Shown here: positions 50,501 through 64,000 of the stretch, piece by piece
How positions within the stretch are numbered: the stretch's first letter is position 1
Layout: the number at the start of each line of letters is the position of its first letter
Source of the DNA: Penicillus capitatus
Lineage: Eukaryota; Plantae; Chlorophyta
Direction: 5' to 3'
DNA: 64,000 bases
NCBI GenBank assembly: GCA_965649825.1
Contig: OZ287697.1
Span: 1-64,000 of the forward strand
Program-made: the position numbers and the translations under genes
The notes under the pieces: model-generated
Seen by the model: only the letters and a program-made list of their open reading frames with translations
What the model was told of the DNA's origin: nothing
Databases searched by the model: none

Positions 50501-52218
50501 CATCCACTCCCCATGCCAGAACAGATACTCCCCATTCCAACGTGGGAGTGTCGATGTCAAACGAGCCAGAGAGATTGGCTCTGTGTCCTGGTGTCTCAGA
50601 CTAGAAAGAAATCATAGAAGTGACATAGCGTGTGATATACTTGTGGGATGTGCCTACCCTCGATTCCTCGTTCGTTCTTCCTGAGAACCCTATCTTATCC
50701 GTCGTTCGAGAATTGATAGCCGTTTTCGTTGAACTGAGAGCTGTCTTTGGTTTCAATGGGGTCTGCGGCAATGAACACATCAAGCGACACCCAGAGGGTG
50801 TCCATACAACGATTCCTCGTTGCCGAAATCCCACAGCAAATGCCGTGCAATCCCCACTCCAACATATGTCCTGAACGGGACCTGTTCGCCAAACCACGTC
50901 TTGCGTGCGTTGAGCCATGTATTGTGCTGCCTGTAATTTCTGGCCCATGTCCCCAATCGGAGAGATTGAGCCTTCTGACTGGACTCGGAACAGGAGTGCT
51001 GTTTTCCTCGGACGACTGCCCAAAGATACCAAATGTCTCTGTCAACCTAAGGACAGCTGAGATATCCATCAGGCAGTCAATCGTGGTTTGCCTGAAGAGA
51101 ATGACCGTTCCATCAGTGCACCCAACAGCAACCATGTTTGCACAGTCTCCGATCCGAGCACAAGTCACTTTGTAGCTCTCTGCTCCTGAAGTGAAAACGC
51201 AAGGATGACAGCATTGAGCTTGTTTATTTCGAGAAAGGAGTCTACCTTCATTGATCCACTGATTTACGTGCAAGCCTTTCATTGAAGCATCTGCCGTGTG
51301 GCAGAGGCCGGTCGAACCATCTTCGAACGTCACTGCCAATCTTTCAACGCGACTGGAATAATCCATATCAACAATTGCTCCTTTCGAGATCTTGTTGCCT
51401 GAAAAGTAGACCGTCGGATCACTCCTCAGAGCGTGGTACTTCTCTCTGATCACTCGATGAGCATTCAGGACTGGCCAGAATGAAAGGGCTTCCGGAATCC
51501 TCAGCAGAATGCGGAGTTCTCTCCATACTCAGCAGATCCAGGCATCCATCAAACCAATTGGGAATCTCTGTAGCGAGTATTCATTGAGAGGCAAGATATG
51601 CGAGCAGCTTTGCCTTCATCGTGAAATTCATACACCTCTTCCGGTTGCAAATTCTCATTCATCTTTGGCCAGTCATAGATTTGAAGCATCCCATCTCCCG
51701 TTCCAATCATCACGGATGAACCCATTGTCACCAAACAGTTGCCGATCTAGCCAAGAATCGAATCGATCAGCGCAAGTCATTGTTGATAGCACGTGACGTA
51801 CAGAACTGCCAAACAGTTGCACAGTGGCATGCACGGTCATCCTGACAGTGGTGGCATCGCGCAGAGGACCGGAGACTGACGGTCTGTTGACCAGTTTCTT
51901 CCCCGTTGAGGTGACAGAATATAGAAGTATCCATCCCTTTGCCGTCAAGCAGATTGCACTGGAGAGTTGTGCATTCCATTCTGCCGCAACCTGGGGACCT
52001 AATCTTAGCAGCTCTTTAGGTGGAAGGAACATCTGTCCAAGTTTAAAGGGATTCTCTGTTCCTGCCCACAACTGCACGGCGCGTTTTGAGGCCAAGAAAG
52101 TGGTGGGGAATGAGAAGAGGGGTGAAGAGGGATGTGTGAGGCAGGAAACGATTTCATCGTGTCCGTATTTGGCTGGGAAGGCGATGTAAGATTTCGGCCA
52201 ACCACATGGAAACAGCAT
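47587..52218 (-). CDS. RIC1: RAB6A-GEF complex partner RIC1
   Basis: N-terminus MLFPCGWP; WD-like region; MWVQLYGDDHWTV-type WPFRVAAVSSDGSDIAMAGRHGLAVY…KWKLFGDVSQE segment; VVVSVARKTDAQLWPLLF; C-terminus DAELLLEIC…WSLALALLL. Confidence 0.9.
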
Positions 52219-52401
52219 CTCGACGCTGAACAAACGCAACGTCTGCGCGTCGTACGTTGTACGTCACAAATGCCCAACTATCTCTGTGCAGTCCTGTTTG
52301 CTTTACTAGCACTCTCTTGCACGTCGTGTCCCCTTGAGAAGCGTTGCTTCGTTACACGACGCCTTCGTTAACGAGATTTCGTCATTGTTACCAATACTGA
52401 A

Positions 52402-52967
52402 ATGTCGGCGTTGAACAAAGAGACGCCAGATTCGAAATGGAAAGAGATTCTAACGACCACCGAGGTCCGTTTTAATACAAGGCAGTTGAAAGACACGTTT
52501 TTTGAAGCACTTGTGTCTGTTTACAGTACCAGGTTCTGCGAAAAAAAGGAACAGAACAACCAGGTACAGGTGAATACAACAAGTTTTTTGAAGAAGGAGT
52601 ATACAAGTGTGCGGCCTGCGGGGCTGAGCTCTACAAGTTCAGTTCACTCGATCGAGTTTATGCACGTCGCTCACAATGTTGGATACAGGTCGGAGACCAA
52701 ATTTGATTCCGGATGCGGCTGGCCCGCCTTTTATGATGAAATCCCAGGCATGCATGATCATTCTTGTTTGCGAACCACAATGGCCAACGATTTATAGGAT
52801 CTGTTAAGCGAAGGGAAGATGTATCGATGGGAATGGCCCGGACAGAGATCACGTGTTCCAATTGCGGCGGGCACTTGGGCCATGTATTTGTGGGAGAGGG
52901 CTTCAGAACACCAACAAATGCCCGACATTGTGTCAACAGCGTGTCCCTCAGATTTTCAAAGAAATGA
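52402..52967 (+). CDS. msrB: Methionine-R-sulfoxide reductase MsrB
   Basis: [51 protein letters not shown]. One intron is GC-AG (52748-52797). Confidence 0.96.
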
Positions 52968-53260
52968 TTCTACAGTGTATCTGGGATTTTGCGTTCTCTT
53001 CCCATCCTTTTGAGTATTGAGATGACAGAAATTCAAGAGATTTATCCTTGCGAAAATCCTATCTGATTTTTCTACTAGCTTCATAAGGACGAGAAGCATC
53101 ACGTACGTTTTCATCCATTTTACGTTACCGACAGCTTTAGGAAGCTGTCCGTAAAATCCATTCCGACTTACTCCTATCGGAATGATTGATGGGCACGATC
53201 ATTTATAGGCAGAGTCGTGCCCATTTTTTATTGTATCTTTGTAAATCACAATGGAAGAGA

Positions 53261-54348
53261 TCATGGATTACGATTTCTTCCGGACTTCCACCAGTCTATC
53301 ACCATTAGCCGCTGCTGCCGACGATCGCGATCACTAGACGAGGTCTCGAGATATATAACTCTCATAGCTGCATTAGACCAGGTGATGGAATACATGAGGG
53401 AGCTATTGCAACAAACAAGAGAATTCAATTCACAGACAGAAAGTGAGAGTGACCTTACCACTATGTGCTCTCTCCAGATCATTGATGTCTGCTGCTTCTG
53501 GCAAATCGAGTAGTCGAGGACCTCTTTTGAAGGAAGCTGGGTAAAAAGGGACGTGTGAGTGAAATCTTCGATGCATGAAGACTTCGGGAGGGAAAGGAGA
53601 CAAAACGGTTCTCTGCAAATCTCGTGTACTTCTACGATCATTGATGGATCTCTGAGGAAACAAACATGGTCGTCAGCAGGAGACGATTTCAGCATCTTGT
53701 GAGATTACTTTCAAGAATGACACCGGCCCCTTTTCTCCTTTGACTCGTGCAGCGATTTGCAGAAGCAGGTAAATCAATACCAGTTGGATCAAAATCGAAA
53801 CAGCAAGGAGTGAGGTCGTCAAGCCGAAGAGTAGTTGATTGGCGTCATAGAAATACTGCCACGATGTTAAGTATGTCATTATGAGGACGTCTGAAGCTAG
53901 CAAAACAAGGTTCATGAGAATGGCGACTCTGCAGCTGGAAGGCAACTGATGGTCCATCAGATTCCGTGACCACCTCCGTCCTTTGTCGTGATAACAGACC
54001 ATTGGAGTGTTGTTTGCAGCAGGAAAGGGAAGATACCTTTGGTTGCATAAACTCCTGTGACTCCGCACGCTACATAACTACCCAAGGCAACGGTTTTTAG
54101 TCCGCTTTTGAAAGAAACGACGGTGTACGAACTTACAGGGGGACTCCGATGAAGAGCAGTAAGTAAATCTTGTCATGCACGTAGGACGCGTATACAGCCG
54201 CGAGGGTCCGCAGGGCCGCGATACCGAACTGCACCGTGTTCACATGGTTGATGTAAAGTGCTCTAGTGACTTCTACCTGTAGAATTGGGCTCCATACCAA
54301 ACACGACTCTGCGTAGAATCGGTCCTCCCGTTCACGACGAGATGTCAT
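53261..54348 (-). CDS. Multi-pass membrane protein, unknown family
   Basis: Several hydrophobic segments (VAILMNLVLLASDVLIMTYL; LLFGLTTSLLAVSILIQ) across exon-like ORF pieces. Confidence 0.5.
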
Positions 54349-54453
54349 TGCTCTAGAAAAAATATCGCAAGCTGAACAAGGTCACATCTGAACCACGAAG
54401 TGGTGACGGATGTTGCAGTAACCGATATAGATTAAAGTGACACGTGTCGTGCA

Positions 54454-56039
54454 TCACTCACGAGGCATTTTCATACTGGTTTGAATTTCTCTGAGAATTT
54501 CCGAAAAGTCAGGACGTGATTCCGGATCGGAAGCAGTACATCTTCGGTACAGAGACTTAAGATGGGTGTCCATTTCCTGTGGAGCGGGCATCGCATACTC
54601 TTCACCTTTCAGGACTTTCTCATAAATCTATCAGAGGACCGTTTAGTGGTGTGAGAAAGAGTGATGCGTCACCTGTCTAAAATGCGTGTGTTCGTACGGT
54701 TGTTCACGGGTACACATTTCCCACAACACGACCCCGAAGGAGTACACGTCAGACTTCGAACTCAGTTTACTGTTCGTGAAAAACTCTGGACTTGAGTACT
54801 GCCATGTGCCAATACCGACGGTCATTGTTGCGTTCTTCAAATAGTTCCTTGCCAGTCCGAAATCAGCAAGTTTAACGACATCCCTCACATCTGTCCGAGT
54901 AACAAGGAGGTTTCCAGGTTTGAGGTCACGATGTATCATTCTCCGCGTGTGAAGATGCAGTAGACTACAGGCGATATCGCACAACATCTCTTTCACCTAT
55001 GTCGATGCTAGGAATGTGGAGGAGTGACAGACAGCACGGGAGATCACCTTCATGAGTGGAAGAGGATATTCTGGTTCATGAATCAAGTCGAAAAGGGAAC
55101 CAAGATTGCAATACTCCAACACCAAGCAGGTTCCAACGACGCCATACATCTTGATGATGTTGTCATGTTGAGGAATCTTCTGAAAAATCGCGCACTCTCG
55201 ACGGAACTCTTTCTCAAAATTGCTCTCTTTCGAATACACGATGAATTTCAGCACGACTTCATCGCCGCGATACCATCCTCTATACACCTAGTAGACACCT
55301 AATGGCTGCCTGCCTTCTTCACGCTATGTCGCACCTGAGAAGATGCCCCATGTCCAATGAGTCGACGACTACAGAGGATCTCTGACGGATCGAGGATCGC
55401 ACAGCCACACTCCACTGGCTTTGTCGTCTCGCATTCGATCTCATACAGTTCCGAAAGGAGAACGAATTCGTCGTCTCCGGCCGAGAGCTCGTGGCTCGTG
55501 TGTCGGTCTTGTGAATTCGCCGTCAATGGATGTGCTCTTAGTGTCATAGGCGCGGTCACTGGCGTGAAGAGGCGAACATCCTTCACGTTTAGATCTCTCA
55601 CGCGAACCGTTTCGGGAGCCTCTTTAGGTGAATAGTGTGCTGGAATGTCCGTTGCGCTGTCGGCAATGCAACGACGGCCTGACGAATTGGACGTCTCTGT
55701 CTCTTCACGATTCGCATACGGTCCCTTTTCTGGTGAAAACTGCGTCGAATCCCACGAAATCTCGATTCTCGTTTCGTTCATTCTGTCATTCGACAAGTCT
55801 GGCGGAGAGGATGATGCCTTTCTTTGTCTTTGCGGCGGTGCCAGAATCGTCTCTGCGATTCCGATGGTCGAGAGGCCCTTCACGCAAGGAGGTCGACAAG
55901 GGAGAAGCAGAGCGACGCTCACATATGCAGAGAGGCTCTCCTGTGGAGCAGCATTCTCAGCGTTGGCCGTCTCTTGTTTGAGCGAAAGCTTTCTTAATGG
56001 TTGCCACAGATTTCGACAGACACACCATAGAAACGACAT
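54454..56039 (-). CDS. Tyrosine-kinase-like (Raf/MAP3K-type) Ser/Thr protein kinase (start approximate)
   Basis: IGHGASSQVYRG, VVLK, HRDLKPGN, DFGLAR, GTWQYSSPE, DVYSFGVVLWEM, SRPDFSEI. Confidence 0.92.
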
Positions 56040-56220
56040 GCACGCCCACAGTCTTCGCTTGGATGACACTTCTCTCTAAATCTCCTAGCACTTTAGTCTT
56101 TCCGTGATTTTTCGCTGGTCTGTTCACAAATGCGTCAAAAAGACTTCGCTGCATGCAGCGTCGTTTTGCTTTTGGAAGATGGTTCGTCATTTCAATGATT
56201 TCTCGCGTCTTCCAGTCGAA

Positions 56221-57224
56221 ATGGGTTTCTCTTTGCACGAATTCGTATCTTGCCGCTGCCACCCGCAGCTCCAAGCGCAGCTAACGGCACTCGACCCATT
56301 CGATGCAGATTCTTATACGTGCTTGATCACCGGACCGCCAAAAAGGTCAGCTACTTTACGCATAGCGACAACACAAGTACCATAGACTCCTCCTGTCCAG
56401 CGGAAAGACGTCACTTCTCATGCACTTTGCTTTGAGTGAAGCGGCATCCGGGAGAAACTCGGTGTTCGTCTGTCAGCGAGACAAGATTGAAAAAGACCTT
56501 CCGGTACTTCCTGAAGGCATGGACCCACATCATAACCTGCTAAATGCTGTCCACATGAAGTGTGCCTCTCTGCTGTTATGTGCGTGTGGAACCATCTCTT
56601 CTCTCTGTTGTTTCAGGTACGTATCAAATGCAAAAGAGCTTGTGAGTTTCGCCATCGATGGGCGCTTCCTGACGGACAACATTGACAGTATCGTGGTGGA
56701 TGACCTTGCTCTTCTGTTACCACCAGAGAGGCAAGAGCATTCCTTTTGCCATTTCAGACATATCAGCCGACGGAGCACGCTTTGCAGAGAGAAGAGGTTT
56801 GAGAACAGAAGTGATATGTTCAGAATGCTCGCTTCCCTATATGAGCTATGCAAAACGCTCAGGTACTTTGTGTTTTTTGTACCAAGAAGATATTGGCCAC
56901 TCCAAAAATAGGGAGAAGGGCAAGGCTTCTCGGCTGGTTGTTACTGGGGCGGATGTGCAGACAGGATTCATCGATCGGTTTGTTTACAGCAAATGGCTCC
57001 ATGCGCGTCTTTCTATATCAGGTGATCTTTCCTGAAAGCGCTAGAGACTCAATGTATGTCTTCACAACACAGGCAATCGACCAATTTTTCAGATCACTCC
57101 ATTCGAAGAAGATCAGACGATAAAGAGGGAGATGGGCACTCCCAGAGTATCATTTGTTTTTGCGTGCGATGTCTTTAAAGCATCATCGATCACACAGAGC
57201 CATTCATATCGTGGATTAAGATAG
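56221..57224 (+). CDS. SWSAP1: RecA-fold ATPase resembling SWSAP1 (Shu-complex RAD51 paralog)
   Basis: CLITGPPKSGKTSLLMHFALSEAASGRNSVFVCQR…HMKYVSNAKELVSF…IVVDDL. Confidence 0.65.
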
Positions 57225-57419
57225 AATGCAATGTTCCGTCATACAACGACACAAATCATGGAACGATGACATCCCGCAGCCACTCGCCTTGTACATTAAC
57301 ACTTTCTGCAAGTACCCCCGCACAAACAAACACTGACAACTTTTGACAGCAGAAACAGCGTGGCACAGGAACCAGCTACGACTACCAATGGTTGAGCTGT
57401 CTATGTCGGAAAGACAAAA

Positions 57420-58452
57420 CTAATTGATGACTGATCGTAGCGACTCTTGCAAAAGAGAGCAATTGTCACATGTCCAGTCACTCAGCCATATGCCCATTGT
57501 ACAGCTGCTCTTGCAGTTTGAGCACATACTTATGCAGGCTTTCATTTTCCTCTTGCAATTTCGCCCTCTGATTTCTCTCTTCCAACAAACTTGTCTGGAC
57601 TTGTGCCAGATCTTGCTCAAGCTCATGAATTTGATCTTCCAATCTGTATGTCTCAATCGTGCTCTGGAACTGTGGGGAAGGTGCGGCATCTCCATTGACT
57701 CCGGCAGAGGACAGATGATTGCCAAGTGTGCGATCCATTTCTCCTTTCACTTTGTTGTATTCCTCCCATGCGGATGCTGTACTTGAACACTCTGAAACGA
57801 GCTCATTCACACGTCTCTCTCCCGCACTGACCTCACCCTTCAGCCTCGCAATCTCGGACTCGTACATCGAACACATGCCGTTGCTCTCATTTAATTTCTC
57901 TTGAACTTCAAGCAAGGTTGTCTAAACACATGAGCAACACCACCAACACAATAGCTCTCCCCTCAAACGCAATGACTTTGCGCACTTGCATGTCTTCGGC
58001 TTGTTGGAACATCTCAGCTTCTCGGGTTTGTGACTCTGTTAACTGTTGAAGGATATGTCTGAAAGACTCTTCTTTAGATCTCCACGGATTTCTGAAACAA
58101 TGCATGCATGCTAAGATGTCAATGGCGGTTTTGGAGGAGGGTACGCACTCGTCGTTCTCAAAGGACTGCAATCTGTTCAGTGTTTTGCCTAGCTCACTCT
58201 CCACCACCTCTAACTGTTCTTCCAAGGCAGAGACTGTATCAGATGCCGTCTGCGCCCATGCCACCTGTAACACCCATCATAGAACAAAATAACTGCGAGC
58301 GCGACCCGAGGACAAAACCATACAGCGCATTGTGCTTCTGATTCTTTTTCGCTTATTAACACTTCCAACTCCTTCCTTCGCCGAATTTCGAATTCCAGCT
58401 GTTCTTTTATTTCAGCCGTTTCTTGTGCTCGCTGCGTATCGACGTGACTCAT
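57420..58452 (-). CDS. Coiled-coil protein, family not identified
   Basis: Heptad-rich exons (LEEQLEVVESELGKT; LEDQIHELEQDLAQVQ) joined by short introns. Confidence 0.65.
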
Positions 58453-58596
58453 GCGCACAAGTTCGCACTTTGCTGACTATTATAGTGGAAAAGGCAAAAC
58501 AAATAAACGTTGAGGCAAAGGTAACGATTAAAGCCGTTCGCTGTACAAGAAGAGCATCGACCCCGAACGCACACACGCGGATTCGCCATCCATGGC

Positions 58597-59033
58597 TTAG
58601 GAGATACCTAGCAACTCAACATCAAACAATAGCGTCGCATTTGGAGGAATCACTCCTAGGCACACGAACCATCATGGTATATCTCTTCTTCTTACGAAGC
58701 AGCGACGGAAAGGCATTACCTCCAGCACCTGCCGATCCATATCCATAGTCTGGTGTAATTTCGAGAGAGGCTCTTTCACCAAGCGTCATTTGCGCCACAC
58801 CCTCATCCCATCCACGGATGACCTCCAGAATGAAGATGTGTAGAAGGGATCAATGTATAAGAGAATACCTCGCCGACACCAAGTCTAAAACGAAAGGGAC
58901 TGTTTCTATCGCGAGAGGAGTCGAATTTCTCTCCATTTGTGAGTGTTCCGGTGTAATGCACCGTCACTGTCTGTCCACGGCTCGGACGCGTGACGCCGTC
59001 GCCCGGGTTTATGGTATTCTTGGTGACTCCCAT
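58597..59033 (-). CDS. FKBP12: FK506-binding protein 12 (peptidyl-prolyl isomerase)
   Basis: MGVTK…VTVHYTGTL…FDSSRDR…[10 protein letters not shown]…[16 protein letters not shown]; two introns. Confidence 0.97.
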
Positions 59034-59130
59034 TATACGAAGAAGATGCGTTTCGCTGCGTATCATTTGTTGACCCTTTCTGAATCTTCTGGCCCCGTGC
59101 ATCGTCGTCATCAAGCCAAAACCGCAAGAG

Positions 59131-59800
59131 ATGGGATTCCGCGCTCTTCCTGCAACACCAACACGAACGACACGACCCTTAAGAAGATGGCTGAAGTAGA
59201 TCTCCCCTAAACAGACGTTCCTGCCCCTCGACTGGACGACCTGTGTTCGCGACCAGACGTCTCTCTCTGCCGAAAGGACTGTTCGCGCACAAATCGAAAG
59301 GTGAGACGCTGGTATTCTTAAGATATCGACCGCCTACGCATTGTATGTGGGATATGCAGTCCGATGTCTTGTCCGAAGACGTCCTCTGTCAAAGATTAAG
59401 GCCAAAGAAGAAGAGTTGGACTGGACGGAGCGATCCAGGGAGCTTTTCGAAACGGCCTTGGACAAAGGAACGGAATACACCAAGTCAGCCATGGTCTGTC
59501 CCTGTTGCCATGTTGGCTTCTGTCACTTCGGCTTTTGAATAGGACACATGGGATAAGGCCGATGATAAACCTGCCATCGTGGCGATTGCCATGATCGGAT
59601 TGGTAGTGATCTATGCGACTAATGCCACTCTTGGGGCCATGGAGAGTGTTCCGCTTGTCGGGGCTTCGCTGAAAATCGTGGGATTGTATGTGACGGGATG
59701 GTTCATTTACCGCATGGTTGCTTACGAAGTGGATCGGGATGAATTCATGACGAGCCTCAAGAGCTTGTCCGATAAAATCACTGGTGAACGAAAGACATAA
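59131..59800 (+). CDS. CURT1: CURVATURE THYLAKOID 1 (CAAD domain) protein (5' exon uncertain)
   Basis: [11 protein letters not shown]…[24 protein letters not shown]…DRDEF. Confidence 0.85.
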
Positions 59801-60359
59801 ACATGGTCTTCCTAGATTATGCCTAAACAGTTCGAAACAATGATCTTAATGTGTTACTCTTTGAACAAGAAGTACTGCTGATTGCAGAACAGAAAGGAGA
59901 GTATCTCCTATGCGGAACGATGCACATCGCTAGGCCTTATTTTGCAAAGGATCTCCTGGTAGAAATTCCCGCCGTAGAAACTGTCGACTAGCGTTACGAC
60001 AGTTTGAAGTTTCGACGCTCATACACATCCGGCCAATTCGGATCCGTGTCGAGTAGATCCCCCATTAACGTTGGTTGTCGAAGACGTCTTTGAATATCGA
60101 TGCAAATCGCTGTCTTAGAGATCGAGTCGCGTTCGCATGGTTACGGGGGTCGACAACGAAATGCGTCAATGAGAGGCGTCTGGAGTCATGTCGAAGAAGG
60201 GAAAGCTGTCCTCTTCGGATCTCGCTGTCTCTGTAATACATCGTCGTCATCGCGATTCCGTGGACAGTCTATTTCATCTTCGGTTGATGTTACCGTTTCC
60301 AAGACGCGACTCTAGAGCGCGTTGGCGAAGGTATTCTGATGTCAGATGATGATGATGCT

Positions 60360-62571
60360 TTATTGAGCAGGTGCCCTTTCCCTTAAATACTCCAATAATG
60401 GTCCCGTCCCCTTGTTGAGGATAGATCTACGAATGGTCTTCAATATGTTTCCTAAACACAAGCACGCTCCATGTGTGAGACGATTGTTCCACAGGAGACA
60501 GCAAGCACCTTCCAATTTGAGCGTTTTTAAGACGGGGTCCATGAATCCAAGTCGTAGGGGAAGGGAAGAAATGCTGTTGTTACTGATATCGAGGTATTCC
60601 AGGTTTTCCAGTCTGGTAATGTCTTCCGGCAGGATTTCAATGCCGTTCTGGCTGATGTCCACATAACAGAGAGATGGCACTTCCAGCAACTCGACTGGAA
60701 ACTCCCGTAGCTGCGTCATGGACAGAGACACGGATTTGATGCATTTCAATGAGACAAGGCATCCTTTTGGCATAGAAGATGCCGAGAGAACACCTAGAAC
60801 ACAGTACTGTCGAGTGGCAACGAAAAAAAAACATATGATCTGCTGTTGGACCATTGAGGTTGATCTCGCTCAATGTCTCGGCACAAGAGACGAAAGCATT
60901 CTCTGGAATGGGCATCTGTTTGTTTCTGGACAGATCGAGTTCGACAAGACTGGATAAACAGTCTGGCTGCGACGGCAACGGCCAATTCTGTAATTGGCAG
61001 CACTGCATGAGGAGTGTCTTCAAACGAATGGCATCACACATTGGACGACCATCAAACTCAACCAACTGCAGCACACATCACACTTTTATACTACAAGGAA
61101 CTACAGGTGCCTTGGAGATACATACAGGGTTTTCGTTGAGATCGAGTTTGTTGACATATCCAATGTGGATCCAGATATCGGAAGGGACGTCTTTAAGGTT
61201 CATTCTCGACAGATTCAATTCGCCAGGGGTCTTGTTCGTCACATAGCTCTGTAGCAGATTCTTGATCTGTGTGAAGGGATCTCCTGTGATCATGACACGA
61301 CCACTACTGAAAGGAACAGCCTCGTTCACGTCCTCTTCGACTGGCAGCTTCTTTCTGAGAGACTCGAGCAGTCGACCAATGGGACCCATTGTCAGATCTC
61401 TTCGGATGGTGCGCAAAGGATTTCCATCCAGAGGCAGACGTCTGAGCGTCGTAATCAGTCCCACTTCACCAGGCAGTCCACTCAGATTGTTATTGCTGAG
61501 ATCTAGCGTCTGTAGCTGCATTTCTCGGCAAGAAGGGCCTGGGAAAGATTTCATTTCATTGGTGTTGAGATCCAGGATCACCAAACAACGCAATGCCCCT
61601 GTTGATTGCACAGAATCTGTGTGGCCCTTGCTGACAGACGACATCCTTACCAATGGAATCCGTTAGCGTTTGGATCTTGTTGTAGCCCAAGTAAAGCTCT
61701 AAGAGGCTTTTGCATCCAGAGATTTCATCTGGAACAGAAGTCAGATGATTGTGCCTGTATCCAACACAGATGTTGAAGACGCTGCGCTCGAATGACGAGA
61801 GACCTGACTCTGAGAATCTTTAGATTCGTCAAGTGCTGCAGTTCCTTCGGCAATTCTGTCAACTGATTGTTGTCGAGATTCAATTCCGTCAGGGCGTCCG
61901 TTCCACGAAAGATGCCACCGGGGAACCTCTCTACCGACACCACATCCACAACTCAGGCACGGTCGAATCCGCCAACGCCGGTTCTCACCGATTCTATTCT
62001 TTTCGAGGTTGAGAAGGGAGAGGGAATAGGCATTCTTCAATGCCATTGGCAGCGTTTTCAATGCATTGTCCGATGCCTCCAGTTTGGTCAGTTGGTATGC
62101 CATGGAGCCAAATTCCAAAGGGAGTTCCGTGAGTTGATTGGATGCACAGGACAGACTGACAAGCGTACTCAATCGACTCATCTCGTCCGGCAGTTCCGTA
62201 AATTTATTGTGTGAGATATCAATGGAACGCAGTTCACTGATGGTAAACAAATCGAGTGGCAGATGTCTCAACTGATTGTGACTGACATCAATCAGTTTCA
62301 GTTCATAGAGCACTCCCAAGTCTTCAGGCAAGGATTCGAATTCATTATGAGACAAAACTAGCTGAACCAACTCCACTGTCTATAACCATCAACCGTGTGT
62401 TTGCGTGAAGATAGAGGGACAGGTGAGGCGGTGTACATCGAAGAAATTGTCGCGTTGCGCACGGTTGTAGGCCTCAGACGGTAGAGATGTCAGTCCCTCT
62501 CCGCGCAGATTGAGTGTTCCCGATTTTTTGGACGTCTCGACTTTGCGCATGAACGACACCGGCAGTGCCAT
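60360..62571 (-). CDS. LRRC40: Leucine-rich repeat protein LRRC40-like
   Basis: SKKSGTLNLRGEGLTSLP, many LxxLxLxxN repeats, and two GNPLRTIRR/GNILKTIRR…LLEYLR caps. Confidence 0.8.
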
Positions 62572-62648
62572 GGAGTCCGTTTCCGATACGTTCTCGAAAA
62601 GGCAAGAAGAACGCAGGAACGAACGTACACACGCAAGTCACTTCTCAA

Positions 62649-63378
62649 ATGCGTGCACGTTTTGTGGCGCAGCAATGCCGTCGGCTGTGCTCGTCGACAT
62701 CTCAAGAGAGCTCGACAAGGACAGGCATCGTTGAGGCACTGGCCTCGGTCTCTAAGACATCCTCTGCCCAAGTTCCTGCTGTCGAAAGGCCTCAAGACAA
62801 TCCGTCCTACATTCCTTGGACGCCAACAGATCGGCTGTCAAAGAAGAAGACCTACTTCAAACGCATGGCCTTCCTGATCGATGTACAAATCCATTCCCTC
62901 CATAAAAGGATCATTGCAGAGATCAGCCCGCATCTGTGCTGCTGCATAGACATTGGAAAAAGAACAGGAGGCTGTTGCACAAACCAATCGTCCGACGCCA
63001 AAGTTCAATACGGGCGACACTCTTAAGCTGACATTGGTAATCGCTCAATTCCTCACTCTTGTCCGATCTCTCTCTATTCAGCGTTTGCCGGAGAATCAGA
63101 ACAAAGAGACCGAGTATACAGGGATCTGTATTGCCAAGAAGAACAAGGGCTATCGTTCCAGTTTTATTGTTCGCAAGACATGGCCGCCATCACAGGGTGT
63201 TGAAAGAACCTTTCCACTGTGCGGATATGTCCTCGTCTACATGAACCATTGCGACTGTCAGTGTGATTGGTGCAGATACTGTCCAACCATTCTCAAGATC
63301 GAGGTGATCGCGGAGAAGCGGCACAACAAAGCGAAACTCTATCATCTGAGAGAGAACACTAAAGCGACAGCTGTATAG
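62649..63378 (+). CDS. MRPL19: Organellar (probably mitochondrial) ribosomal protein bL19
   Basis: PKFNTGD…YTGICIAKKNKGYRSSFIVR…GVERTFPLY.P.I..IEV…KAKLYHLR, with a presequence-like N-terminus. Confidence 0.85.
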
Positions 63379-63421
63379 TCTATCGTCCATAAGGTGTGGA
63401 GTATTACATGTGCTGACGCAA

Positions 63422-64000
63422 ATGGTCGCGATTGCTCTATTGCATCGATACGCGGCACAACCGCTTGGCACTCGAACGCGTACGTCGTGGAAACGAGCAC
63501 TGCCGCATCTGCGCATACAAAAAGGCGACGTTCGGCGACATGCGATAAAAGATGGCGACGGCGTGGCGACGCACCAGTTTGAAGGACCATCGCCCAATCG
63601 ACGAACAGAAATCGATGAAGAAGGACAACAGAAGTGGATCGCACAGCTTCCCTTGAAGCGCATTGCCGCTTGGCTGTTCGTTGGATTTCTCGCACATCAG
63701 CTGAAAGATTTTTTCGGGGTGATTCCTTTTTTCTCATGGATCACTATGGACAGTGATTGTGCCTTGTCAGATTGCGATGGGTGCTTTTGTGATTTCGGCC
63801 ATCGGCAACAGCTTCGCCGATTCCAAACAGGCGGCAGCAGTCATCGGTGTTGTTCCCGCTCCACTTCGTCGACGTTTTTTGGTCCTTCTGTATTTCTCCA
63901 TCATTTTCTCTCTTCTCACTCTTTTTGGTAGAGTCTCTTCCTCTGATCATGCGGAGATGACTGTGAATTGGAGGTAGGGGCCGTGACCATTCCAGACATC
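63422..64000 (+). CDS. Plastid-targeted membrane protein, probably AI-2E/PerM (UPF0118) transporter family; truncated by window end
   Basis: Transit-like N-terminus, then IAAWLFVGFLAHQLKDFFGIAMGAFVISAIGNSF and RRFLVLLYF. Confidence 0.55.

Overview
Eukaryotic nuclear DNA from a green alga (Chlorophyta). The taxon is inferred from nuclear genes for YLMG2, CURT1, NSI/GNAT2, TTM and RecX, the many ~44-60 nt spliceosomal introns, and standard TAA/TAG/TGA stops. A compact-genome lineage such as Caulerpa-like Bryopsidales is plausible but unproven. There are three zones. (1) 1-7.6 kb: a 66% GC satellite of 23 x 329-bp units with higher-order structure; all ORF-track ORFs here are shadows. (2) 7.6-24 kb: a gene-poor accessory zone with a ~1553-aa NLR-like ARM-NACHT-HEAT gene, two secreted PAN/apple genes and degenerate ORF fragments. 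(3) 24-64 kb: very dense housekeeping genes. Best candidates for novelty: an Ntn-hydrolase/Wali7-like domain fused to a LOV photosensor via a GC-AG intron; a Mortierella/endosymbiont-type NACHT protein with a GC-rich variable HEAT module; a plastid-targeted heme-oxygenase-like diiron enzyme; candidate bicistronic pairs (RIC1 stop 24 nt upstream of the TRAPPC12 ATG, in frame); and frequent GC-AG introns. Gene models were spliced by eye and family assignments come from remembered motifs; no database search was run.
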